A DNA stretch of 64,000 nt from Eledone cirrhosa (GCA_964016885.1 OZ024743.1:259222001-259286000); one strand, 5' to 3'; positions 26,966-40,735 are shown, counted from the first letter of the stretch. Notes: generated by a model from the letters alone, not told the origin. Translations and numbers: made by a program.

Positions 26966-28055
26966 TCCTCCTCAAAATCTTTTTGTCGCTTGCTCTTCAC
27001 TTTTTATCTGGAAAAATTCGGGCCAATTTTAAATGTTCAGGCCAATTTTAAATGCCCAATATACGCCGTATGTCCTGTATGTCCTGTATTTCTTCGCTTT
27101 TGTATTCGTTTTGCAGCTTCTTGTGAAGTAGAGACGAAGGCGAGATGCAGAAGGCAAGAGGCATCGATAACGTCACAGAGTGTGAAGAAAGGCCTTTCTC
27201 AATTAATTGATTAATAATAAAACTGAAGTGAAACTTATCTGGTAGATGTATTTCTAATTGGCAGTATGACCAACCCAATGAACAACAATTTTCACTTTCT
27301 GCAATATTATAATTACATGGCTTCCTTCAACAATTTCTTCAACAATTCTGCTTAGCTATTCATTGTATGCCGATAGATCAGTTTTGTTTAAAATTCTTGT
27401 TCTTTTAATCTTGTTTCATGTCAATAGATTAAATTCTTTAAAGACTTTTGTTTCTCAGCTTTGACTGTATTATTGTAAAAACATTCTACCTATTATTTTC
27501 CGTGTTAATATGTTACACATATTGTTTATATCTGCTTGCATTTCTTAATTTCCCCAGAATTTTATAAATCATCTTTCTCTGTCATTGTTCACAATGTCGT
27601 TTTTTGATTAAATCTCTTGAATTGTTTTCCATAGAATTGCATTTCATTTCGTGGCGCCTACCTTAAAAACATTCCTTACTATTTTCTCTGTGCACCTCTC
27701 TTTCTGTATATGTTATAATCTCCAGTTCTTTTATTATTTTAATGCTTTCAGTCTTTAGTCTGCAGCTATGTCGGGACACCGCCACAACCTTAATATCGAT
27801 CATATTGATACTAGTATTTGGTTTATTTTGGAATCTGGTACTTATTTTATCGATCTCTTTGTAGAACCACCAAGTTACTGTACACATATGTGTGTGTGCG
27901 TGTGTGTGCGTGTGTGTGTGTGTGTGTGTATAATATATATTTATATATATGTGTATATATATATATATATTAGAAAAAAAGGAAAAGAATAACTTCACTT
28001 GTAGTTCTAAATAATTTGATCTAATTTTATAATATTATAATATTATAATATTATA

Positions 28056-28245
28056 GGGCGGTGGATTGGCAGTATAGGTAGAGGTTCGGACGCCATGCTT
28101 TCCAGCATAGTTACGTCCTATTACGGTCTGAGTTCAAATCCCGTCGAGGTTGACTTTGCCTTTCATCCTTATGGGGTCGATAAAATAAAGTACCAGTAAT
28201 ACACTGGGTAATTGCAGGCCTTGTGCCAAATGTAGAAACAATTAT
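28056..28245 (+). mobile_element. SINE family A
   Basis: Full head-core-tail match to the other copies. Confidence 0.88.
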
Positions 28246-28623
28246 TATATTATGAGTTGGTAGATCTAGTTTTTGTCGGGTGGATTGAAGGGGCCCCCAG
28301 TGCAGACTGCAAGTTGCTGCAGGGAAGTAAGGGGTTTTACGTTGCTTTCAGTTCTGCTTATTACACTGGTCGAAAGAGTTCATCCAGTATTAGGGATATC
28401 CATGGTAGAGGGAATTTCCGGGTGTATCTGCTGGTTTTGCCTTCACTTCTTTACTATATTGGTTACTCCATAGAGCGCTCTATACAGAGGAAGGAGCATA
28501 TATCTTACGGTAAACATTGATGCACTTCAAATCAAGCACTCGACGCATTTTTTCCACATAGGAAAAACAGAGTATAGAGAAAATGCGAAGCAGTTTCAGA
28601 TGTTAATGTTCTTTATTGGTGAT

Positions 28624-28698
28624 GTTGTGATACATATTTCAATGACGACAGTGGCCACACAATTCTGTGTACCCAGTGTCGTGACATCATCAGACAGC
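28624..28698 (-). ncRNA. Type I hammerhead with extended stem II
   Basis: GCTGT-CTGATGA-T-GTCACGACA...TGTCGTCAT-T-GAAA-TATGTA-TC-ACAAC. Confidence 0.7.
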
Positions 28699-29472
28699 TT
28701 CTTATATAATTGCTTATAATTTCTTATATAATTGCTTATAATTGCCTTGGGAATGTAACTCTCATTTTGCATATATGTACCTTTTCTTTGGTTTTGTTTT
28801 GATTCATGTGGTAGAAGAAGATATCAACTAATTATTTACCTAATTACTACGTTTCATACTTAATTTATCTTCTGTTCTACTATATTGTACTATCTTCCAA
28901 TATATTGATAATAATAATAATAATAATAATAATATATATGATAATACATCTGAAGTATCCAATATTGACCCCCTTTTCTAAACTTCTTACTTTAATTTAA
29001 ACCTCTCCTTATTTACTCTTTATAAATAATTATTTTATTTTTTATTCACTTCAATCACGGTTTTAACGTTTAATTTTTAATTTCCACTGTGAAACATATC
29101 TAAAGATAAGTTTATATTCCCAAAGCCATTGTCCAGGCAGAAATTAGGGGTAGTATTAGGGCCTACTAGAACTCTTACTCTGCCATTACTACCTGACTTC
29201 GGCTAGCTGTCACTCGCAGTATAATTTTACAGTGTCATTTACAAACCTGGACGGGGTGGTCGTTTGGTGGAGGGCTTGGGGACATGCCTAGGTTAGTTTT
29301 TGATAAATTTAGTGTGGTGGATGACCACCTTTCGTTTGTGCCTGCGCAGAATTGCTGAGGTGAATTGTTGACCACAGGGGAACGGACAGGCGAACCAAGA
29401 ACACACGTCTTGTCCGTTCCCTCGTTGTTTATGTTTGGATTGCCTTGGGAACGTAACCTTATTATATAAGAA

Positions 29473-29547
29473 GCTGTCTGATGATATCACGACACAGTGT
29501 ACACGGAATCGTGTGGCTACTGTCGTCATTGAAATATGTATCACAAC
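29473..29547 (+). ncRNA. Type I hammerhead with extended stem II
   Basis: gctgt ctgatga t atcacgaca ... tgtcgtcat t gaaa tatgta tc acaac. Confidence 0.7.
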
Positions 29548-29861
29548 ATTACCAATAAAGGACTTTAACATCTGAAACTACTTCGCATTTTCTCATTCTA
29601 AATATACTCCATTTTTCCTATGTGGAGTGATTGATTTGAAGTGCATCAATGTTTACTGTAATATATATATATATACATACTTACATTTATATATATATAT
29701 ATATATGGAGGAAGTTATAGTTCACTTGAAGCATTGTGTAATGAGGTATAAACGTTTGTAGTTGTAAGGCCAAAACAATGCAGGTATGGATATAGAATAT
29801 AAATGCAAATGCAAAAGATATTGTTGACAATTAGTCTTTTACCTTAAATTTATTTAAATAT

Positions 29862-29896
29862 CCTTAATTTTCGAGATAATATCTCTTCTTCGGAGG
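29862..29896 (-). ncRNA. Minimal hammerhead-like motif in the inverted pLTR (U4C variant)
   Basis: CCT-CCGAAGA-A-GAGAT-ATT-ATCTC-GAAAATTA-AGG. Confidence 0.55.
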
Positions 29897-30005
29897 GAAG
29901 TAAAGTGGTTAATCCAGCGTTCTAAATAGCTTGTCAAGTCATGCTGCCAGGAAATGATATAGAGATTCCATTCTATCTCTAATGTCAAAGAGTGAAGGTT
30001 AAAAC

Positions 30006-32415
30006 TTGCACCTACCAACATGCTTCAAATCACCAGGCCTCAAACGATCACTTAGCTACATACAACAATTCTGCTTAAGAAAACTCATACAACACCTACA
30101 CCGCACGCTACAACAACACATACGGACTATTTCGAGCCTTGTTCCACAACTCGCTGTAACCCCAGAACCTCTGCCCAGAATTATCTCCGCCGCTACAGAC
30201 AGGTCATACCACCATCGCCGAGACTACGAGAAAATACGCATAATGCAAACATTTCTCAAACTCAGCGCGGCTAACCGTCTTAACAACAACCCAACTCTAA
30301 GCACCAACAGAGGCGAACAAGACGGTACCAACACCGAACCTAGCGGCGCCCCGACCAACAACACACCTGACGCAAAACACCTCGTCACAGACTTGACAGG
30401 ATCCCTCTCCTGAGAGGAATTAGACCTCCTCAGCCTGGATCCCAAGTTCATATTGAAACAGAGACTGGACGACAAATTATGGCTCGACATAGAAACGAAT
30501 TTCTGTCGGGCCGCCTACCAACTAAAATGGATATCGACTTTCGGCAACACCACGGAATCTAACAAACTCAGATTCCCGATATACCAACTGGATCGCCCAC
30601 TCTGTACACCGCCTGCCAACCGCGAGCTTGAAGAAAAACTCTCGAGGCTAAAAAATTCCGTATTTAACATCTTACGGAAACAGAAGAAAATAGCCCCAAA
30701 CCTCTCCAGTACACAACAACTCGCCCTGAAGAACCTGCGGAATAGGGAACTTATATACTTACCATGCGACAAAGGTAAAGAGTTTTGTGTCATCTCTCAA
30801 GCCACATACAACAACCTAGCCTTTAACACCTAAGCGACAACGAACTATATACAGAGATTCCGGATATGACTGCAGCCCTGATCGAAAAACAGGCCAACTC
30901 TATCTGGTTCGACATCTGTAGGAGAAGACAACTCCCAAATAAAGTTAAACTCAACTACACCACTAGAAATAGCAGACTGCCCACTTTCTATCACCTCATC
31001 AAGACCCACAAGAATAATACTATGACACAAATAAGACCCATCGTCTCTAGCATAGAAGGACCCCTATACAAAATCTCCTGGCTCCTCTCCCAGGTCCTCA
31101 AACCTCTACTCTCCACCTTTCCCGGGCATGTCAGTAGCTCCGATGAAGTCATACGTAGACTACACCAACTCCTGCCAGAACAACTTAAACTAAATAGATA
31201 CGCCTTTGGCCTCGACGTTGTCTCCCTCTACACTACAGTCTCCGCTCATCCAGCTGTCCATTTATTGACGGACTGCGTCGTCGCAGAGGACATCTACTGC
31301 TACGGTCTCCGTATGACGGACATACACCAGTTTTTGTCCTTCACAGCGGACAACACGTACTTCACCTTCCACCACCACCACACATACAGACAGACAACAG
31401 GATTACCCATGGGATCCAGCCTATCGTGCCTGCTGGCCATCACCCATATGAACCAGCTAGAATGCCGAGCCCTCAAAACCTGCCATTCCCATACCTTCTT
31501 CACCCGATATGTAGATGATATACTCATCCTTACATCATCCTGTGAGGAGGCGGATAAAATATACACGACATTTTCCTGCATGGACGCCAGTATAAAGTTC
31601 AGCATGGAACACCCCGATGACCGTGGATCCCTATCCCTACTGGACTTCCAACTCAGGGTAACAGAGGAAGGCAACATCCACACCTGCTTATATAAAAAAG
31701 CCGCCAGCAGGGACCTGTTCGTACATTTCAGACCGGCCCTCCCAGCCGGCGCTAAGTTCGGATACATAAGGAACGAACTACACGTATCCGGAACAAATGC
31801 ACTGACGCAAGAGACAGAGACACACACACCACACGTTTCCTGGAAGTACTCAAACTGAACGGATACCCAACGTCCACCACGAACCGTGCCAGAAAGAACA
31901 GAGGACACCACGCCCGAGGCACTAACACCTGCTTCCTGAAGCTCCCACACTTCAGTGACGAAATAACAACAGCTATCCGCAGAGCTATCAGACGAGAGGG
32001 ACTAGATATCCAACTAGCCCACTCAGGACTTTCTCTACGGGGACAGCTAACCAAAAGACACTCCACCAGACATGACAGCCGCTGCAGGCAAGCCAACTGC
32101 CCCATCAACGACACAGACCTATGCCACCAGGCTTACGTCGTATACAGATTAGAGTGCGACAAATGCAGCAACTTCTACGTAGGTAGCACCACCAGACCAC
32201 TTCACATAAGAATAAAAGAACACCTCAATACTAACGCTTCCTCATTTAAGAAACACCTAGTGAAATGCAAAAACACCGACAAAAATATAACAGTTAGGAT
32301 AGAAAGTAAGGAAAGAAACCTCGGCAATCTTAGAATTAAGGAAGCACTGATTATAGACAAAACACAACCACCAATCAATAATAGACTGGAACTCAACACC
32401 CAATTTATAACTTGA
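30006..32415 (+). pseudogene. Penelope-type reverse transcriptase + GIY-YIG endonuclease, disrupted
   Basis: PCDKG, FYHLIKTHK, IRPIVS, LDVVSLYT, GLPMGSSLS, RYVDD, LDF. Cys-rich linker CRQANCPINDTDLC, then VVYRLECDKCSNFYVGSTTRPLHIRIKEH..KEALII..PPIN. A stop at 30411 and frameshifts are present. Confidence 0.92.
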
Positions 32416-32820
32416 TAGAGCACCTAGCCCCACACACTTTCACCCCCTCTCATACACACGCACACGCACACACACACGCACACACACCCATACACACACA
32501 CGCACGCTTACACCTCCACTTATTCTCTCTCATACACACATACCCACACAAATACCTGATAGAGCATCTAGCCCCCACATTTACGTATAGGAATATCTTC
32601 TCACACTCACACACACACACACACACACAGATACTTACGCCTTCACGTATTCTCCCACACACTTAAGGATACATGTACAAAACCCCTTTTAAAGGGAGAC
32701 TACTCTTTATCCACCTAACCTTCACCTTTTGACATTAGAGATAGAATGGAATCTCTATACCATTTCCTGTCAGCATAACCTGGCAAGCTATTTAGAACGC
32801 TGGATTAACCACTTTACTTC

Positions 32821-32855
32821 CCTCCGAAGAAGAGATATTATCTCGAAAATTAAGG
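32821..32855 (+). ncRNA. Minimal hammerhead-like motif in the 3' pLTR (U4C variant)
   Basis: cct ccgaaga a gagat att atctc gaaaatta agg. PLE pLTRs are known to carry minimal hammerheads. Confidence 0.55.
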
Positions 32856-32963
32856 ATATTTAAATAAATTTAAGGTAAAAGACTAATTGTCAACAATATA
32901 TTTTGCATTTCCATTTATATTCTATATCCATACCTGCATTGTTTTGGCCTTACAACTACAAGC

Positions 32964-32997
<34 letters not shown>

Positions 32998-33002
<5 letters not shown>

Positions 33003-33832
33003 ATAAAAAAATACGCGGACACACGCGAATACATACATATACATGAATATACCCACATATATCTCTGAATTTGTGTGGTGCCAACCTTAACCGTTGTTGT
33101 TCTATGAATAATCGGGACAAAATAATACGAATGGATTAGATTGATTCAATATCAGAGCTATATAATACATTATAAAGAAAGAAGAAACACTAGATATAAT
33201 TAATAATATATACCCTACCTAATTATATCTAGTGTTTCTTCTTTCTTTATAATGTATTATATAGCTCTGATATTGAATCAATCTAATCCATTCGGATTAT
33301 TTTGTCCTGATTATTCATAGAGCAACAACGGTTCAGGTTGGTACCACACAAATTCAGAGATATATGTGGGTATATTCATGTATATGTATATTCGCGTGTA
33401 TCTGTGTATTTCTTTATATTGTTTATAACTCCCTACGGTAGAGTAACCACTGAAGTGTAGTGACTGCTGGATAGTTTTCATTACTCGAACTTCTCGCCAT
33501 CCTAGCCATCTCTTCTACGGCCTTTGACATAGATAGCCCCTCCGCCTTTTGTGGTATTTTTTCTTGGTTAGCTCTGTTTCTTGACACTGTATCACGTGAT
33601 GGACTCCCCCTCCGCCTTTCGGGATTCTATTTTGCGTCCTACGGACGTGTTTTTAAACTCTAAATGAGGTATCGTTTTCATAAGTCGGCTGACCTCACAA
33701 AGATACTACATCTCTGTGATGTAGTGAATTTGCATAGTAGGCCACGAAACTACGTAGTCGATGAGTAATGGAGAAATTTAGGTATGGTATATCTTATTAA
33801 TTATATCTAGTGTTTCTTCTTTCTTTATAATG

Positions 33833-33838
<6 letters not shown>
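32998..33838. mobile_element. Non-autonomous fold-back element between (TA)n tracts, ~580-bp unit, with decayed hammerhead (33709-33763)
   Basis: 32998-33205 is the reverse complement of 33219-33423, and 33219-33262 recurs at 33798-33838. Motif catc-t-CTG.TGA ... CAC-GAAA-CTACGTAG-TC-gatg. Confidence 0.75.
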
Positions 33839-33913
<75 letters not shown>

Positions 33914-33914
<1 letters not shown>

Positions 33915-34013
33915 TTGTTGTCCTAAAAAATGTATATACATTTCAACAGCATTTTATTAAATATTGCCTGTACAGGTAATCAAAGTGTGTATACATTTTT
34001 TTGTGACACTCTG
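33914..34013. mobile_element. Small decayed Tc1/mariner-like MITE
   Basis: Imperfect TIRs tgtcctaaaaaatgtatatac / gtgtatacatttttttgtgacactctg next to TA. Confidence 0.45.
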
Positions 34014-34422
34014 TGCTGCTACAGATCTTGACAGTGTAGTTAATATCCCGCGCTCATGGAATACGGAACGAAACGCCTGTTGAGAAAGGGATACCCTCGT
34101 TCCATATTAGGATACATTACTGACTTGCATATTGCGCAATTGGAGTGTAGCCTTCAGAATCCCAGAAACCAATCGAAGATATTCATGTAATATGTATCAA
34201 TCAGGTCCAGGTTCGTCTTTAACCTGTTTTTACTTTCATTGTTGTGGTGGCTTTTGTAGCAACATGTATCCGGCCGCAATTTTCACGTATTGTTATTACT
34301 CTGAGCTATGATTTATCGATATCCTCTCATTGAGTGCTTTGTACCAGCTTCTGAAGATTGATTTCGAAAAATGCTAATCGCAGCTGCAACTTCGATTTTA
34401 CTCACCATTATTATTATTATTA

Positions 34423-34597
34423 TTGGCAGTATCGGTAGATGGTCAGACGCCATGCTTTGAAGCATAGTTACGTCCCTTTACGATCTGAGTTCAAATCCCG
34501 CCGAGGTTAACATTGCCTTTCATCCTTACGGGGTCGATAAAATAAAGTACCAGTAATGCACTGGGTAATCGCTGGCCTTGTGCCTAAAGTAGAAACA

Positions 34598-34600
<3 letters not shown>
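34423..34600 (+). mobile_element. SINE family A within (ATT)n
   Basis: Full match, ATT repeats on both sides. Confidence 0.88.
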
Positions 34601-34672
<72 letters not shown>

Positions 34673-35310
34673 GTGTGTGTGTGTGCGCGTGTGTGTGTGT
34701 ATATATATATTCACTATAGTTTCCGTCTCCCAAATTTCACTCACAAAGCACTTGTCACCCGAAGGCTCCATAAGCAGACATTTGCTCCAGGTGCCACGTA
34801 TCGAATTCCTTAACCTCACCGTCATATCTGCATGCATCTATCTCATGATTGCTTTTTTCTTTATGAATTTCCTGGTTATATTGTTTTATATGTCCTCTTG
34901 TTTCCTAGTTTCGTTTGAGCGATGATTATATAATGAAATACAAATGTAGGGAAACAACTAACATTATACATGCGAATTTACTTTTGTATATTCTACATAA
35001 TCAGACAAAAACTCACAGCTGGTTTTCTGTAATTTCTGTTTAAACAAATAATCAAATAGCTCTAGCAACTAGTAATCCAGATAGCTTTAGCAACGAATCC
35101 AACAAATAGATATAGCAGAGGTCTCAAACACACGATCCGATTTCACATCCTGGTACAGCATATTTTATGGAGATTTGATTCCGGTGTCTCCAACATAAAT
35201 AAGGTAAAATAAGTATAGATATTGATGAGAGCATAGTTAAACATTTAGCAAGCTGTTAGACGGATGTAATCTCGAATCTCTGTCTTAGAAAATTTACCTT
35301 AGTGTGATGG

Positions 35311-35400
<90 letters not shown>

Positions 35401-35424
35401 ATATATATATATATAACAATATAA

Positions 35425-35462
<38 letters not shown>

Positions 35463-35463
35463 T

Positions 35464-35718
35464 GTTCAAATCCCGCCGAGATCAACTTTGCTTCTTATTC
35501 TTTCGAGGTCGATAAAGAAAGTACCAGTCTAGTACTGGGGTCTATTCTTCCTCTGTATCACTTTGACACTTCCATTCTCTCTATCATTTTCTGGAAGAAA
35601 TCTGCTGTACTGAGGCCTGGAGAGGAGATGGGCTCCGGCAGTTTTAAAATTGCCCTAGAAACGCCGTATGTCAATACGGTACCCCTACGACTCCACCAGG
35701 AGTTATGGACCGTACCAT
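35464..35718 (+). mobile_element. 5'-truncated family A SINE with the alternative 3' tail
   Basis: gttcaaatcccgccgag core followed by the tail shared with 25.9k and 53.2k. Confidence 0.7.
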
Positions 35719-35732
35719 ATATATATATATAT

Positions 35733-35778
<46 letters not shown>

Positions 35779-36579
35779 TATTTCAAGAACAACTAGACGA
35801 ATACAGCGATGCAATTATACAGAGTCTTAGTTTCACGATTGTTAGTAAAGTTGTTATTGTCATATCGGGAAACTCAAACTACTTTAGATACTTTGGAATG
35901 TACATGCCAGTTAGCCATGTGTTTTTGTATTTTACATAATAAAAATATTTAGTTCTATGGTTACATATTGAGGGCTCATTCTTTAATGATTACAATCCCA
36001 CACTCATGCAAAGATGCATCCCCCCCCCACACACATATATATATACATACAAAAATGGAAACAGAGTGAGATATAGAATAGGTGGAGAGGAAAATAAAAT
36101 GGTATAAAGAAAGAAAAAATGTAATTTGTAAAAAGAAAAAAGGATAATTTGAGGAGAGATAAGAGTCGAGGTAACCAGGCATCGCTCATCTGCACTTGTC
36201 TCCCTAATGATTTATTAAAAGAAACTGCAATGAAATTAATATATAAAAGTTGTGGAAGTTTAAATATTTATTGCGAAAATTTATTTCACAGAAGGCTCAA
36301 TAAAATAATCAGTCGATATTTATCTCATAAAAAGATGAAAATTAGTTTTATTGAAAAAAATTGTCCTAATCAGTGTGTCATTAGGTCATTAGGTGGACGT
36401 AGCATGGTCAAATGGTTAAGGTGTTTATTTAGCAATCATTAGATCTCAGATTCGATCTCATTGCGTCATTGGGAATGAAATTGTTTTCGGAGTAATGTTG
36501 TAGCCGAGTGGAACAGAACTTTAAACGAATCTAGCTCTTGAGTGCCTATAGTCGAGTCGAAAATATATCTGATTTAGAC

Positions 36580-36775
36580 ACAAGGCTAGCCTTTTGAGGA
36601 GAAGGAAAGATAAATTATTTCGACACTAGTACTTGACTTGGACTGTATTTTATCCACCTCGGAAATATCAAAGGCAAAATTGACCTGGGCGAGATTTGAA
36701 GACAGAGCGTAAAGAGCCGAGACTAAATGCTACAAAGTATTTTCTTCGACGCTCTTACAGTTCTGCCAGTCAATT
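36580..36775 (-). mobile_element. Decayed family A SINE
   Basis: aaggcaaaattgacctgggcgagatttgaa core on the plus strand. Confidence 0.6.
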
Positions 36776-36882
36776 GCTTATATTCATACAGTCTCTTCAC
36801 TTTATAGCGAATGACAGCAATTATTCTGCCTTTATGCAACTATATTAAATACATTTCTGTCATATGACACAGACAAACGTTC

Positions 36883-36945
<63 letters not shown>

Positions 36946-37088
36946 AAACAATGAAATAAAAAATCAAGTCATTAGAGATATACTTCACTGCTGTGTATAT
37001 ATATATATATGTGAATATGTGAAGTAATTCCGTCGGAAAAGACCACTGGAAACCACTGGTAAATGGAATAATTGCCTTATGTTGTTTA

Positions 37089-37270
37089 ATTGGCAGTATC
37101 GGTAGAGGGTCGGACGCCATGCTTTGACGCATAGAGTTACGGCCCTTGCCATTCTGAGTTCAAATCCCGCCGAGGTTAACTTTGCCTTTCATCCTTATGG
37201 GGTCGATAAAATAAAGTACCAGTAATACACTGGGTAATTGCTGGCCTTGTGCCAAAAGTAGAAACAATTA
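37089..37270 (+). mobile_element. SINE family A
   Basis: Full match. Confidence 0.88.
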
Positions 37271-37759
37271 TATATATATATATATTTACTTCATCTCTCT
37301 CAATGCCATGCCTCGGAAATTACCTGGTTTTCTAACTGCACCCACATCATAATCCTCGACCTTTTAAATAGTGCACACACATAATCAAACACGCAACAAT
37401 AATCAAACACACAACAAGTATACTGATTCACTTACACATATGCATGCTCTGACCGATACACACAAACAATACATATAGACACACAAACACAAATAAACGT
37501 GGTGTATGAACATAGACACAGCTAGATCAAGACGTGGAATAGAGGGACCAAATACATGAGACATCTCATTCGTACACACATACTAGCATCATTGTTAGAC
37601 CTGGGTGCTCTGCCATGACTATGCCATTCACACCACCATGCTAGATTAAATATACTTCTACTCACCTACCAACCTCACCGCTCCCGATAAACTCACACCT
37701 TTTACTTTTTCCGTTTCTTTTCTATTTTATCTTCCAGCCCCCCCCCCCCCCCCTCTCTC

Positions 37760-38171
37760 GGCATACGTCAAAACGGCCGGTCTGAAAAGTGAAACTAATT
37801 TTTGACAGTTACGTACACTCACTCATCTGAATAGATTTGTGTATATATAATCCTGTATAAACTTAGAGATGACTATAATGCAGACACACGCAATTGTATG
37901 GATTTCTTAATATATATATGTGTGGGTGTCTATGTGTGTATATATATATGTGTGTGTGTATGTATATATATATATGTGTGTTTGTATATATATATGTGTG
38001 TATATGTGTCCATATACACACATATATATGTTGTACATGTGTATATACATCTATAAATTTGTGGATGTGTGTAAAAAATATCACGTATTCACAATCCAAA
38101 TTGAAAATAATGACGTACGTAATTGTCAAAAATTAGTTTCACTTTTGAGACCGGCCGTTTTGACGTATGCC
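37760..38171. mobile_element. MITE with ~57-bp TIRs inserted in a (CT)n tract
   Basis: ggcatacgtcaaaacggccggtct.aaaagtgaaactaatttttgaca.ttacgtac and its reverse complement at 38115-38171, with ctctctc on both flanks. Confidence 0.85.
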
Positions 38172-38181
38172 CTCTCTCTCA

Positions 38182-38292
<111 letters not shown>

Positions 38293-38513
38293 AGACGTAA
38301 AATAAGAAAATTTCTTTAAAGAAATAAAAAATTAAAAATGAACTTACTTTTAAAAAAAAATTTTTTAAAGAAATTTTCTTATTTTACGTCTTATATATTA
38401 TTGTTCTGCATTCTCCTGCATTGAACCACCTAGGTACTATGACATAACCTGTGTATTTGCTGGCATTAGCGTACATCTGTACGCTTATGTTAGTAGATAT
38501 ATTAAATTATCTA

Positions 38514-39818
38514 TCTATATATATATATATATATAAAATTAAGTATGTGTGTGTGTGTCTGTGTATTACTTATAGGGGCCTACATCTTACGATCGATTTT
38601 CATGAAACTTTACAGGCTCATAGATTAGTCATCGAGGGAGGGTTGTCTATATATCAGCGTATCGTTTTTTTTATTCCGGGATCATTCTGCAGATAAAAAT
38701 CGATAGGGGGGGGGGGAGGCACTATTTTTAGGTATCGAAAAATAAGATTTTTGGCTCTAGCTCCCACATTTTGCCACCGATTTCGTTCAAATTGTAAAGC
38801 AAAATAGAATTCATCATCGCACACGCTGTAATGCCTTTATATTTTGCATTTGTTGTTCAGGGACGGCGTGGCAGCCGCTTAAATATTCAAAAATACCACT
38901 TTTAGACTCAAATTTCCACCTTTTCGGCTCTAGCTCATACATTAATCAACCTACTTTGTTCACATTTTAGACTACGCTAGATCTGATTATTTCACGTCCT
39001 AAAATGGCTTTACATTTTGGATCTTTTGTTTAGGAACGGTGTGGCAGCCGCTTAAATATTCGAAAATACCACCTTTTCGCTAAAATTTCCGCCTTTTCGG
39101 CTCTAGCTCCCACATTTTTCAACCGATTTCGTTCAAATTCGCAACTTCGGCTCCACCTCACATATAAATTAATTTATTTGGTTCAACTTTTATACTACGA
39201 TAGAACCTATCATTAGCTCCCACATTTTTCAACCGATTTCGTTCAAATTCGAAACTTCGGCTCCACCTCACACATTAATCAATTTATTTGGTTCAACTTT
39301 TATACTACGATAGAATCCATCATTGCACATCTTATAGTAGCTTTACACTTTGCATTTTTTGTTCAGGGACGGCGACCTATCATTAGCTCCCATATTTTTC
39401 AACCGATTTCGTTCAAATTCGAAACTTCGGCTCCACCTCACACATAAATCAATTTATTTGGTTCAACTTTTATACTACGATAGAACCTATCATTGCACAT
39501 CTTATAGATAGTCAAAGGCAAAACGATGGCCACTGACGTCGTCTGAGCTTTTAGTTGTGTATTTGAGAATTCATCGGTTTCCAATCAAGTAACGTGAGGA
39601 AATTTAGCTTAGTGTTAGAGGTCATTACCTCCCTCCCTCAGCATGCCTCTTCATCAGTCACCCGCGTTTCTCAGTGATAGAGGTCATCACCCCCCTCCCC
39701 CGCATGGCCTGTGTGTGGCCATAGATGAGTCATCGAGAAGCAGACGCTAAGATCAACACCTTTTCATCAAAGCAGATATTATTTTACCTACCCAGGCAAC
39801 GCTGGGTACTGCTGCTAG
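38514..39818 (+). mobile_element. Non-autonomous Helitron with internal tandem subrepeats
   Basis: Starts a|TCTATATAT and ends with hairpin acccaggcaacgctgggt plus CTAG|t. Internal repeats tagctcccacatttttcaaccgatttcgttcaaa occur 4-5 times. Confidence 0.8.
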
Positions 39819-40319
39819 TATATATATATATATATATGTATATGTAATATACACATGCAACCCCCATATATATATATATAAATATATATTGTATATATGC
39901 ATATATACATATATATGTACACACACACATATGTGTGTGTGCGTATGTGTGTTTGTAGGATCCACCTGATAATATATTCGTACTCCGACATCCTGTATGT
40001 AAACAATCATTCACACAGAACGCAGAACTTGTATTATAATGCATTCAATTAATTATGAAGCAGTTAGAATTTTGCGTCAGGTCAACGTAACCTAGATACC
40101 TGAGCTGATCAATTTTTGCTGACATTTGATCGGCTAACACTAATTTAGAATGAATCTTTCTTTCAGAGAGAAGACACAGAAGCAATTCTTTGAATCTAAA
40201 CTGAAATACCATACCTGTCTGTACTTATAATGGCTTTTAATCAGTAGTTTTATATCGACCAAAGCATATCCCAAATATAACAACTCTAATAATAGCACCT
40301 AGAATATGCATGTCTTAGT

Positions 40320-40735
40320 AGTTAAGGTGTTAGTCAAACAACATGTTGTGTCTTCGGGCAAGACACATTACGTTGCTCCAGTCCCAGACCATACCAATCT
40401 CTAAACGGGGAGTACCATGAACAAATGTGTCCCAAAATATGGAGATTTTATATAATGAAAGCTATACCTATTTTCACAAGAGAAGACATCTCCCACCCAC
40501 TCCAAAGTGGATGGGAGATCTCCCCGTCCGACGGGGAGAATTAACAGGTCTGCAATCCACTCAGCTGGCGAAAATGAATTAAACCTGTGTCTCGCTGTGT
40601 CACACTGTGTCATGCTGTATAACTGCATGAGATCACATTAAGGCTGTACATGTCTTTGGAATGCTCAGACACTTTCACGGTAATTTATTGAGCATGCTGT
40701 CCTCTTGATTGAACAACTGGAACAGTGATGGGTCC
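40320..40735 (+). mobile_element. SINE family B (decayed)
   Basis: gggcaagacac after a tRNA-like head and tail gaatgctcag..cacggtaattt..gagcatgctgt. Confidence 0.55.

Larger units (their letters stand above)
28500..29662. mobile_element. Hammerhead element with ~210-bp inverted arms (28500-28712 / 29461-29662)
   Basis: The arms are reverse complements with some divergence, each carrying a hammerhead. The right end joins (TA)n. Confidence 0.8.
29748..32969 (+). mobile_element. Penelope-like retroelement, 5'-truncated, with inverted partial pLTR
   Basis: 29748-30000 is the reverse complement of 32717-32969. Internal RT + GIY-YIG ORF, CA-rich 3' UTR, 3' end joins (TA)n. Confidence 0.92.

Noticed and set aside
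28257-28500. Possible Penelope RT remnant on minus (PLPWISLILDELFRPV)
   Set aside because: A single short motif with no supporting neighbours.
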